Notes: generated from the letters alone by a model not told the origin. Shown: positions 28,154-36,799, numbered from the stretch's first letter. The stretch: 64,000 nt of DNA from Thermoplasmatota archaeon (GCA_028279595.1 JANQNK010000003.1:160001-224000), one strand, 5' to 3'. Numbers and translations: made by a program.

Positions 28154-28540
28154 ATGGAATCATCGGGGACTGAACTTCCTGAATTCTCTCATTTCGACGT
28201 TGCACCTCACGGCATACCCATTCGAGTTGACATTCCAAAGGACGGTGTCTATGTCGGCCGTGTTCTCGAATCGGAACTCCTTAATCCGAATAAGGAACCG
28301 GTGAACTCCGTCTTCTATCATGTGAAGATCCTCACGGTAGAGTGTGAGTGTGAACCTTCTCTTACCGTTTACGATATTCCTCGACTCCGCTGTCCAATAG
28401 ACGAGCAGGAAATCGTGTCCATTGGAAACGTCCTTGTCATCAATGTATTCCTCATGAGTCAACGGATGGTTTTGACTCCTTTATCCGAAATCAAGCAGTC
28501 ATTGAACATGATCAAAGAGGTCCAGGGGGCTTTGTTTTGA
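28154..28540 (+). CDS. Hypothetical element protein (beta-rich)
   Basis: GAGGTGA RBS; 4-nt overlap with next ORF. Confidence 0.65.
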   Translation: MESSGTELPEFSHFDVAPHGIPIRVDIPKDGVYVGRVLESELLNPNKEPVNSVFYHVKILTVECECEPSLTVYDIPRLRCPIDEQEIVSIGNVLVINVFLMSQRMVLTPLSEIKQSLNMIKEVQGALF

Positions 28541-28947
28541 AGTTGTCACCTGAGGAGACGATCACTCATACGCAAGCTGGCTCGTCACGTCTCCTTCAAG
28601 AGCGGAACGTCCCCATCGATACAGTCCTCCCCCCGGACCTCGTCCTCCTCACAGTGTTCGTTGAATGCAAGAACGGAATGGCCGTCAGAGACTATGATGT
28701 AGTAGTGACGGGTGAGGACGAAGTCTTCCGAGGTAGAACCGATAAGACCGGCCACATCGACTTCTATGTCCCTGACGGTCAAGAGATGATGATCGTCAAC
28801 GGGGATGACGTTTACGAACTGTACATGGAAGGCAACGGATATGTAACGCTTACGTCTCCGACGGACCTACCGCCGAAAAGACCACCTTCAGCGTCACTTC
28901 TCGAATCATTGCTATTGCCACAGGGTAGTCAACGTCCTTCCACTTAG
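28537..28947 (+). CDS. Hypothetical protein, possibly transthyretin/carboxypeptidase-regulatory-like beta fold
   Basis: LTVFVE..NG.AV....V.V......GRTDKTG...F.VPDG pattern. Confidence 0.5.
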   Translation: MKLSPEETITHTQAGSSRLLQERNVPIDTVLPPDLVLLTVFVECKNGMAVRDYDVVVTGEDEVFRGRTDKTGHIDFYVPDGQEMMIVNGDDVYELYMEGNGYVTLTSPTDLPPKRPPSASLLESLLLPQGSQRPST

Positions 28948-28960
28948 TGTCACGCTTTTC

Positions 28961-29028
28961 GCATGTCGTCCGGGGTATTGGTGATTCCGATCCTCTCTCA
29001 TCTTCTCCCGGGCCCCCGGACGGCATGT
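28961..29028 (+). terminator. 15-bp stem-loop closing the left-end operon
   Basis: GCATGTCGTCCGGGG...CCCCGGACGGCATGT with G-U pairs on the + strand. Confidence 0.5.
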
Positions 29029-29237
29029 ATTATAAATTCGATAAGTAATTCCAATATCCCAACTGATGAATGAGATAATACTATGACAAATGTAGAAGGA
29101 TACTATTCATCTATTTTGTAATTGGTTCAGTTACGATTATAATAATTCGTATTCCCAATTGAAGGATATGAATAGGATCCATATTTAGTTGTTCTAATGT
29201 AGATGATGAGTTTAACCGGGAATAAGAAAATTGGTAG

Positions 29238-29502
29238 AGATGTACCTCACCAGTAACTAACGACATCGAAGACGATGGTATACTTGAACATTATTTTGTA
29301 ACTGACAATGGTTACACATATGTTATTAAACCATATGGTGGATATATATGGAAGGTACGTACCAAGGGTAATTTCAGAGGTACTGGGTGCTTTGTTTTTT
29401 CTTGCTAGGGCATGGTAAGTTAATATTTGATAATCTGATGATGATAACAATAATTATACACCATTGATGCAAAGAAAGGTGTTATATTATATACATTAAA
29501 AC
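29238..29502 (+). pseudogene. Degraded FG-GAP/PQQ-type beta-propeller gene remnant
   Basis: Stop-interrupted fragments TSPVTNDIEDDGILEHYFVTDNGYTYVIKPYGGYIWK and LYTIDAKKGVILY. Confidence 0.4.
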
Positions 29503-29727
29503 AACTGTAAGAAACTGTTCTATTAACCAATATCCATTGGAATGAATAATTAAAAATAGAAGTATAATAAATTGGTTTCAATCCTATAGTACTGTTATGG
29601 TATTGTTTTATTATTAGAAGATGTCGCTATCTAATGTATATTTATGGTCATATACTATTTATACCTGTAAATTCGCTTCTATTTTGTTAATGAATTGAAG
29701 TGGTCAATGGTCTTACGACGTGATAGT

Positions 29728-29940
29728 ATGGGCTCTAGAAACCTAAAAAAGATTAGCGTGAAAAAGATCAAATTTTATTCTTATTTATTGTTATATTTGA
29801 TTGGATGGGTATTTTTTATCGTGGGTACAGTTCATTTAATATTGTGTTACGACCAAAAAGACTTTCGGACTCCATTTATTCTAATTATAGGTATAAATTT
29901 AATTTTCTTGAGTTTATACCATATTGACTCGGATTACTAG
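29728..29940 (+). CDS. Small 2-TM membrane protein
   Basis: Basic N-terminus followed by two hydrophobic helices. Confidence 0.45.
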   Translation: MGSRNLKKISVKKIKFYSYLLLYLIGWVFFIVGTVHLILCYDQKDFRTPFILIIGINLIFLSLYHIDSDY

Positions 29941-29946
29941 TGTTAA

Positions 29947-30268
29947 CCGATAAGGCTATCCAAGTATCGGGGCGTTGTTTTACACGTGTACCCGTCTCAC
30001 ACGTGTAACAACAACGTAGGCGGGAGATGAACGGTAACGTTCATCGAGGGGGCTATTCCCTATACTGTTTTTCAATTCTAACCGTAATAGGTATTGTCTC
30101 CGTGGATCTACCGTCGCACCCTCCCGTTAGGACGACAGAAGGAGGGGCGGTCTATTCTTTTCTACCTCGATCTTCTCTGTATTCTCTATGCCCCTCCCGG
30201 CGTCCGTGGGGAGGGGTGCCGACCGGGTCGCCGCAGGCGACCCCTATGAATCTAATTTAAGGTCGGCA
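29947..30268 (+). other. GC-rich, highly structured non-coding block (ncRNA or origin-like site)
   Basis: At least six stems inside otherwise AT-rich DNA; see findings. Confidence 0.55.
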
Positions 30269-30451
30269 GGTTGAGAGGAATTAGAATGTTTGAAAATGAA
30301 AACATTAGCTATTCCTATGAAATTCTTAAGAAAACGTCCGAAAAGGGGTTGTGAGAACTCTTTGGGGATTTTCATTTTATAAATACTTTGGATACAATGG
30401 TCCTAAAGTTATATGTAGTATACAAGTATATACACTAAAAGTAGTGGTAAA

Positions 30452-30742
30452 ATGGGCGATTACACGACCGTAAAGATCAGCAAGGATACTCTTCGATTAA
30501 TGGACCGCGTTCAATCCTTTTTCACCTATCGTTACGGTAAGAAATTGACCAAGGATCAAGTCCTTCGTACAGCTCTTCTCAAGTTCGATTATCGACTAGC
30601 TAGTAATCTTCATCAAACGGACCTCTCTTTCAACGAATATATCAAGATGCTCGAGGACGACGTCGGCTTGTCTTCGTCCGAAGGAGAATGGAAGACCTTC
30701 AAGGGCGTGAAAGTGTGGTGCGGTCCCGTCAATAAACGTTAA
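30452..30742 (+). CDS. Ribbon-helix-helix (CopG/antitoxin-like) DNA-binding protein
   Basis: YTTVKIS strand, then helices KDTLRLMDRVQ and TKDQVLRTALL; palindromes GTATAC and GTATATAC upstream. Confidence 0.65.
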   Translation: MGDYTTVKISKDTLRLMDRVQSFFTYRYGKKLTKDQVLRTALLKFDYRLASNLHQTDLSFNEYIKMLEDDVGLSSSEGEWKTFKGVKVWCGPVNKR

Positions 30743-30933
30743 TACTGTTTTACTGAAATTGGAGTTGGGGGTCCCCCGGTAATAACATGAGATCATTTCG
30801 GAGGTAAGTACCGGATCGGACACGGTCCCTTCGTAATTCACTGGGATTACAAATAAAAACCTACCACGTAAAAAAATGGTCAATGGAGATATAAGGGATG
30901 GTGGACTATTTGAAAATAGCGGAGTGGTGATAT

Positions 30934-32241
30934 ATGAAGGGAATAATCACTAAATGGATTGTTATTCAAATAATCGTTTTATTAATTATTAGTTCGGTGA
31001 CATATTTATACGGGAAAGAGTTGAAGAAAGAGGAAGAAGAAATAGTGGGTCGGTATAAAACTAGAAATCCTAACGATATTATATTCGATAAGACTATGAC
31101 ATATACATTATATCAATCAATGATTGGTGATTTACATATTGAGAATTCTCTGGATCAATTTCCGTTTACGCCAGAAAATGAAAATCAGACAAGATATGAT
31201 AACAATAATTATACAAATTCGTTTTATGCAGATTGTCAAGTAACAACAAATTCGTCACATGTAACAGATGAAAACTTAGTATGGATGTTTCCAGATCCAT
31301 GGGATGATGGAATGCGACCCATGGGGTCGGTTCTATTAACAACATATGTGAATATTACACATGATTGTCATCTTAATGATGCGTTATTCAGTTTCTGGTT
31401 AACAGCTCGGTGTGATGATGAAGAATATAAAAATAGCCAAATCGATTTTAAAATGAAATCTTCAATATTATTACCTGATAAATTGATGACAGATCGATTA
31501 AGAGATACTAGGGGTCGGATGATGTTTTCTCCAAATGAGACAATTCGTGTTGGAGAGCAGAAGCAAATTATCTTTGATTTTAATTTCATAAATCCTTCGA
31601 CATGGAGATTAAATACGGGTGATAAATTATTATTTCAGTTACAATATTGGATTATGAATCCAATAATATTAGATCCAATTCAAAACGTGTCAGAGGAAAA
31701 TGTACCGGTGAAATTATTTTTAATTTATGGTGGTGTTAATCCATCTTATTATAATATTTCATTAGAAAGGGGTATTGGATTAATTCATGAGATTGATTAT
31801 TCATTTAATGAACCAAACGAATATCGATATTGTTTTATTCCTCCAATTAATCATTCGATTAATAAGGTAACATTAGTTATTGAGGGATTAAATCTAGAAT
31901 ATATTTCTTTTTATTCCTCCTTGTCAATGAATAATGGTGATAGACTAAACAAAAGTTGGGTTTATATTTATTTACCATATAATTACCATCCCTGTTTAAC
32001 TCTTCGGTTTCAATTAGAAATGATTAATGGTGAAATTGGATCTTTTAAAACGTATCTTGATGGTGAACCCGAACAAAGGTATGTAAGGGAAGGTAAGGAG
32101 GGAATTCATGATGATGTTATGTTTTTGTTAAATATTGTGATTCCGGTATTTTCGTCTGTAATATTAATTCAAATAGCGTATAGATATCAAAAGAAAAAGG
32201 ATTCTCAGAAGTCAGTAAAGTCAGAAAACTTTCATGATTAA
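30934..32241 (+). CDS. AT-rich secreted/membrane-anchored hypothetical protein
   Basis: GGAGTGGTGA RBS, N-terminal hydrophobic segment, C-terminal TM plus basic tail. Confidence 0.7.
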   Translation: MKGIITKWIVIQIIVLLIISSVTYLYGKELKKEEEEIVGRYKTRNPNDIIFDKTMTYTLYQSMIGDLHIENSLDQFPFTPENENQTRYDNNNYTNSFYADCQVTTNSSHVTDENLVWMFPDPWDDGMRPMGSVLLTTYVNITHDCHLNDALFSFWLTARCDDEEYKNSQIDFKMKSSILLPDKLMTDRLRDTRGRMMFSPNETIRVGEQKQIIFDFNFINPSTWRLNTGDKLLFQLQYWIMNPIILDPIQNVSEENVPVKLFLIYGGVNPSYYNISLERGIGLIHEIDYSFNEPNEYRYCFIPPINHSINKVTLVIEGLNLEYISFYSSLSMNNGDRLNKSWVYIYLPYNYHPCLTLRFQLEMINGEIGSFKTYLDGEPEQRYVREGKEGIHDDVMFLLNIVIPVFSSVILIQIAYRYQKKKDSQKSVKSENFHD

Positions 32242-32411
32242 TGACGAGTGACGTAGCGATATTTATGTATTGTATATCCCGCTAATGTGTTTAATGTGAA
32301 GGAAAAACCTTCGCAAACTCCTACTCTAGCGTTAAAAAACGTAAGAAAAGGGGTCATCACAACAATTGGTGTTTGAGAAATTATTTATAGAATAAACGTA
32401 TAGTATAATCC

Positions 32412-32528
32412 ATGTCAGTGAAAATGGAATTTCAGTTTGAATTATCGAAGAATATCGCTGATATTGATCAAATATTAATGAATATTGAAGCAAGTGATGA
32501 TGAATTATTCGATTTACTGTATTTATAG
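32412..32528 (+). CDS. Possible 38-aa acidic peptide (not in ORF track)
   Basis: MSVKMEFQFELSKNIADIDQILMNIEASDDELFDLLYL, ends 18 nt before the next gene. Confidence 0.3.
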   Translation: MSVKMEFQFELSKNIADIDQILMNIEASDDELFDLLYL

Positions 32529-32546
32529 GTAAATGACGGTGTATTA

Positions 32547-33116
32547 ATGGCTCATAAAAGAGGTAAGGGAAAGAAGAAAGGTGGGAAGATTGAACCATTT
32601 CCTGAAGCATTAAAACGAGTTGAGGTATTAGCTCGAAGACTTAATCGAAAGGTTGAACGTGCCGTAGCAATACAGACTACTCCTGAAGAGGAAAAGGAAT
32701 TCCATTCAATACTTGTTGAACATGGAAAATTTGCAATACCATTTCGTTGTGAAGGTGAAGTGGTTATTTGTTTCATGCCTATTGGTATCGAAAAAGAAGT
32801 TAAAGAAAAATTTAAAGGAGTACCGTATGAAAAGCGGAGACGGTTATATTTTCACTTATTACGAGATCTACAATTGAGTAACAGAGTTGGATATACAATA
32901 AAACCTCTTGGGATTAAGTTGATTGATCAAATTGATGAAGTATATTTAGAATGTAGCAGTATTATTGAGGATACGAGTGGTGAATCTGCAAATAGACTTG
33001 CAGATATTATTCAAGAAATGGTCATTATGATGTTAAAGGCTGGGAAATATTTTGGTGGTGAAGAAGAAAAAAGTGATTCGAAACCGGATACTTTTACGGT
33101 AATGTATCATCAATAA
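32547..33116 (+). CDS. Hypothetical protein, possibly DUF2299-like
   Basis: 189 aa; 'KRRRLYFHLLRDL' central helix; 15 nt from the next gene. Confidence 0.55.
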   Translation: MAHKRGKGKKKGGKIEPFPEALKRVEVLARRLNRKVERAVAIQTTPEEEKEFHSILVEHGKFAIPFRCEGEVVICFMPIGIEKEVKEKFKGVPYEKRRRLYFHLLRDLQLSNRVGYTIKPLGIKLIDQIDEVYLECSSIIEDTSGESANRLADIIQEMVIMMLKAGKYFGGEEEKSDSKPDTFTVMYHQ

Positions 33117-33131
33117 TAGGTTGAGGATAAG

Positions 33132-33908
33132 ATGGAAAAACGGTTTGTGGCATTTTTCGATGTGTTGGGTTTTTCCGATCAAATTCAGCGGACAAGTGCA
33201 AAAAATGTGATGAAAGAGTATTCGAAATTTATTCAGGACTTATCCAAATCGGAAGGTTCGGAACTTAATGCGTTTATTAGTTCAGATTCAATTATTGTAT
33301 ATACTGAGGATTTATCTGTTGAATCATTTAAATCTATAGTGGATTATTCGGGTAGGTTGTTTGTTAGAGCTTTTCGTAATCATTTTCCATTACGTGGTGC
33401 AATAGATGGTGGAGAATTCGAAATTAGTGATGATCGTCTAGTATATGTTGGTCGTGCATTAATTCGGGCATATAAAGCTGCTTCATCTCAAAAATTGTCA
33501 GGTGTGATTTTAACACCCAATTGTGAAATGGTCTTAGAATCATCGGAATATGCTGGAATTCTCGAAGGAATGGATCGATCATTGAAACTAATTCAAAGGT
33601 CAATACAGATAAAAACTTCTGGTGTCTCTGGTTCATCTGACCGTGAAGGAATTCGGTATTGTGTTAATTGGGTACATGTTTTACACAGTGGTCGAGGCAG
33701 TCGGAAGGAACAGATGACGAAAAAGGAATTTTACTCAAAATTTGTACCAAAACGTAAGGCTGATTTTATTTTTGAATTAGATGTTGAAGAAAAAATCGAA
33801 AATACATATGGATTTTACGATTATACATATAAAATATTATCTCAGACTCGGTTTTTACCTCGTGGTAAAAGGGAAATTTGGCGTAGAACTATCAAGAAAT
33901 CAAAATAG
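33132..33908 (+). CDS. Divergent class III nucleotidyl-cyclase-like protein
   Basis: FVAFFDVLGFS (first Asp), ISSDSII (second Asp), LRGAI..G, VG.ALI.AY. Confidence 0.65.
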   Translation: MEKRFVAFFDVLGFSDQIQRTSAKNVMKEYSKFIQDLSKSEGSELNAFISSDSIIVYTEDLSVESFKSIVDYSGRLFVRAFRNHFPLRGAIDGGEFEISDDRLVYVGRALIRAYKAASSQKLSGVILTPNCEMVLESSEYAGILEGMDRSLKLIQRSIQIKTSGVSGSSDREGIRYCVNWVHVLHSGRGSRKEQMTKKEFYSKFVPKRKADFIFELDVEEKIENTYGFYDYTYKILSQTRFLPRGKREIWRRTIKKSK

Positions 33909-34092
33909 ACTGTTTTCAATGATGTATAATTGTGGTTGTATGGAATTCAATGACGCATAACTATCGATGTGCGTCAAGATCGTTATGAATATGAGATGGG
34001 CTGATGTTTACATGTAGGTATCTGCGTTTGGTGAAATCCGAGAAAATTTTATGGATTAACGAAATTATGAATGTGAATGTGAATATGAGGCG

Positions 34093-34491
34093 TCATAATT
34101 CCAATTTTGCTTGCGGTGATAATGGATCAGGGAATGAGTTTAGAATGAATTGGTGGAGTTTGTATGATAAGAAAATCGTGTAACATGATGACACACCGAT
34201 TACAGGTAATGTAATATAAGGATTGGATGAGAATGAAATTGCGATTGTGTTTAATGTTATTATTATTACTCCAATTGGAAGTACGAGTAATACTTTTTTC
34301 AGTTCAGTTCGAACTGATGTTGCTACTGTGATGGCTTGAGGGGGTGTTGGTATAGATTCGAAATAGGGGCGTAGTAAATTCTTCCAATTATCTACGTATC
34401 TTACTAGACCTATGAATACTAAACCGATTAAAGCTGCTAATGATTGCGCAAATGTAGAAAGAATCCATATTGATTGTTCTTCGGTTACCAT
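34093..34491 (-). CDS. Small 3-TM membrane protein
   Basis: ILSTFAQSLAALIGLVFI plus two further hydrophobic helices. Confidence 0.65.
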   Translation of the reverse strand: MVTEEQSIWILSTFAQSLAALIGLVFIGLVRYVDNWKNLLRPYFESIPTPPQAITVATSVRTELKKVLLVLPIGVIIITLNTIAISFSSNPYITLPVIGVSSCYTIFLSYKLHQFILNSFPDPLSPQAKLEL

Positions 34492-34547
34492 GAATAATGA
34501 GTGGGTGACTAATGTAAAAAAGTTTGTAAAAAAATAGTCAATGCCGA

Positions 34548-35189
34548 TTATAAAAAGTTGATGTTATCATATTTGAATGTTTCAACCCAATCCGGAAAAT
34601 TTTCAAAACATTGGTGCAAATCAAAATGATAATCTTTGAAGATGTCAGAGTGAGTTTCGGGTAGTGGTAATATATTACGCATTTCAAAGACAAATAAATC
34701 TAGAGGGTAAATGTCGGTTGGGAATAAAAATCCAGGTCCTGTATTGGGTATGAAATTTCCCGCGGGATATCGTGGAATTTCATAAAAGGGGTTAAATCTG
34801 TGGCAAATCGTGCTGATTCGTGAAGAATGAAGAAATGGATAATTTCGATTCTTATCGAGTAATCTACACTGGTTGAGTAATTCCTCAAGATCGTGTATTC
34901 TATTCGGAATCTCATTATGATTTGCGTATTTAATGAATGATTTTAGGTATAATTCAATACATTGTTGAGCTTCAAAAAAACTGTAGGGATAAATGTGGTG
35001 ATAGAACAGGATTCGGGATAAGAAATAATGAAGGTCTGCTGAAGAAATGAAAATGGTGTAACTCATGTTTTTAAGTTTGGTGTCGAAATCAGGATCTTTA
35101 ATACGTTTCGATATGTTAACAAATTCTTTATTTTTTAAAGTTGTTAGTTCGTCTACGTACATCTTTACATCATCTAATAGTGATTTCAT
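34548..35189 (-). CDS. HEPN-domain protein
   Basis: F.AQQCIELYLKS...HDLEELL...Y...RYP pattern. Confidence 0.8.
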   Translation of the reverse strand: MKSLLDDVKMYVDELTTLKNKEFVNISKRIKDPDFDTKLKNMSYTIFISSADLHYFLSRILFYHHIYPYSFFEAQQCIELYLKSFIKYANHNEIPNRIHDLEELLNQCRLLDKNRNYPFLHSSRISTICHRFNPFYEIPRYPAGNFIPNTGPGFLFPTDIYPLDLFVFEMRNILPLPETHSDIFKDYHFDLHQCFENFPDWVETFKYDNINFL

Positions 35190-35283
35190 TATTCATCGGT
35201 ATAATGGAGTAACATTGTATAAAAATGTGTAATAAAAATGGTTAATGTGCACTATATATGTGGAGATATGTGGTGAATTGTGA

Positions 35284-35454
35284 CTAGGGGGGTAGTGGTT
35301 TGTAGCGGTCTTCAAGGATATTTAGATAATATCTTGTTGCCTCTTTGATGATATCTGCTCTGTTGTTGTAACCAGCATCTGGATAGTCTGAAAGGAAGTT
35401 GTCAATTCGGTTAAGTAGGTTGTTTGGTAAACTAACAGAAGTATGTCGGGGCAT
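35284..35454 (-). CDS. 56-aa CopG/RHH regulator divergent from the integrase (not in ORF track)
   Basis: MPRHTSVSLPNNLLNRIDNFL...GYNNRADIIKEATRYYL, a canonical RHH pattern. Confidence 0.8.
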   Translation of the reverse strand: MPRHTSVSLPNNLLNRIDNFLSDYPDAGYNNRADIIKEATRYYLNILEDRYKPLPP

Positions 35455-35554
35455 GTCTCAAAATGGGTCTAAGAACTATATAAAACATGTAAATATTTAA
35501 ATGGAAATATGGCTGTAGATATATTTATATATGCATATTTGTATTGTGGTGTAG

Positions 35555-36538
35555 ATGCCCACCGATGTGGAGGTCGTGAAAACATCTGAAATTTCCGTGT
35601 TAGAGCGCTGGATACAGGAGATGCGAGCTCGGAACGTAGGCGATTATACAATTAAGCGATATCGTGCGGTTATCGAGCCATCACTTTCCTTCGCCTTGGA
35701 TGAGGGTTATCCTGACCCTATTGATTGGGATATCATTCAAGTTGGATCAATTCTTGATGGTATAGGTCGCAACTCCTGGAAGATCCGTGTGATGAAGCTG
35801 TTCTTAAAGTGGGTCGGGAACGACGTCCTTGTGAAGAACAGGATACTTCATCCGAAGCATCAACATCTTGGTCGATGGCTAAATCAGAACGATTGTCAAA
35901 AGCTTGTTACTCTTGCCCAAACCCCACTTGAACGAGTCGTCATCCACTTTATGATGGAGTTGGGACTACGACGAACTGATCTCTTACGTCTACGTGTGTT
36001 AGATATCGATTTCAGTTGCTCCCGCGTTAACGTACGAGGTAAAGGCTTTCATGACGGCAAGCTACGTGTTCTCCCATTCCATCCTTGTTCACAAGAGGTA
36101 ATCCGGTCATATCTCGAATACCGCGAATACGTTTTCCAAGTTGCACGTCAACGAAGTATTACTCAACCCGAGGATCCTGAAAATCTCCTCGTATACGAAA
36201 GAGGCGGAGAAGTCATAGGATACAAGAGCACCGCCATCGATAATCTCATTCAACGACTAGCGTCACGTCTAGGATTTCATTTCAGTTCTCACGATCTTCG
36301 GAGAACCTTCGGTCGCAACCTTTACTATGCGACAAATCGTGATATCGCAGTAGTTTCTTACGCTCTCGGTCATAGTGATATCCGGACCACGATGAAGTAC
36401 CTGGGTCTAGGATATGATGACCTTCAAAAAGGCATGGTAGACATGGCGAAGATGTGGGAATCGCAACCACATATTGCCGCCGAAGTGGTACTAAAACGGC
36501 GAAATGGAGGACCTAGCAATGAACCCAATTCAGGCTGA
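35555..36538 (+). CDS. int: Tyrosine recombinase/integrase (intact, not split by att)
   Basis: GLRRTDL (R), VRGKG (K), HDLRRT, LGHSD, TMKY catalytic residues. Confidence 0.93.
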   Translation: MPTDVEVVKTSEISVLERWIQEMRARNVGDYTIKRYRAVIEPSLSFALDEGYPDPIDWDIIQVGSILDGIGRNSWKIRVMKLFLKWVGNDVLVKNRILHPKHQHLGRWLNQNDCQKLVTLAQTPLERVVIHFMMELGLRRTDLLRLRVLDIDFSCSRVNVRGKGFHDGKLRVLPFHPCSQEVIRSYLEYREYVFQVARQRSITQPEDPENLLVYERGGEVIGYKSTAIDNLIQRLASRLGFHFSSHDLRRTFGRNLYYATNRDIAVVSYALGHSDIRTTMKYLGLGYDDLQKGMVDMAKMWESQPHIAAEVVLKRRNGGPSNEPNSG

Positions 36539-36593
36539 AACAACTGAAAAACCCCGCAAAAGCGGGGAAAACGACTGGTGGGAGCACTGGGAT
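36519..36593 (+). CDS. N-terminal half of the att-spanning ORF
   Basis: GGAGG at 36506-36510, 8 nt before ATG 36519; reads in frame through the att core. Confidence 0.5.
36547..36567 (-). terminator. Element-supplied terminator for tRNA-Trp
   Basis: CCCCGC-TTTT-GCGGGG followed by TTTTT on the minus strand. Confidence 0.65.
36576..36593. repeat. att site (tRNA-proximal copy)
   Basis: 3' 18 nt of tRNA-Trp including CCA. Confidence 0.92.
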
Positions 36594-36613
36594 TCGAACC
36601 CAGATCAGCGGGT

Positions 36614-36709
36614 TTCGCCTATCAGGCAAAGTGGCTTTGGGGTCGTTGCTCCAGTTAGTCATCACGACATCAGCAAACCCGTTGCAACTCATTTCCCCAA
36701 TGCGGGTAA
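36614..36709 (-). ncRNA. tRNA-Trp intron-encoded box C/D guide RNA
   Basis: CTGA and GTGATGA boxes; guides CGGGTTT and TAACTGGAGC complementary to the exon2 and anticodon junctions. Confidence 0.8.
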
Positions 36710-36799
36710 CTGGAGCCCGCGAGGATGCCAGGTTACCCCATGCTCCCACATGCTCGAGAGCATCCTCCGGGTCCCGTCGGAGCGGTCGGTCCACTGGGT

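Larger units (their letters stand above)
27888..36593. mobile_element. ~8.7 kb integrative element inserted in the tRNA-Trp 3' end
   Basis: Perfect 18-bp direct repeats matching the tRNA 3' end, tyrosine integrase at the tRNA-proximal end, sharp drop in GC. Confidence 0.92.
36576..36747 (-). tRNA. trnW: tRNA-Trp(CCA) with 96-nt intron at position 37/38, CCA encoded
   Basis: Acceptor GGGAGCA/TGCTCCC-ACCA, anticodon stem GCGGG-CTCCAG|A-CCCGC, T-loop GTTCGAATC. Confidence 0.95.

Noticed and set aside
30027-30260. 77-aa ORF in the element
   Set aside because: Overlaps the hairpin-rich block and has no protein-like features.
33955-33988. Integron attC site (CATAAC...GTTATG)
   Set aside because: About 32 bp, too short for attC; not repeated after other cargo genes; the integrase shows no obvious IntI insertion.
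35555-36538. SSV-type split integrase or host XerA
   Set aside because: All catalytic residues lie in one ORF ending before att, and it sits inside att-bounded low-GC DNA.
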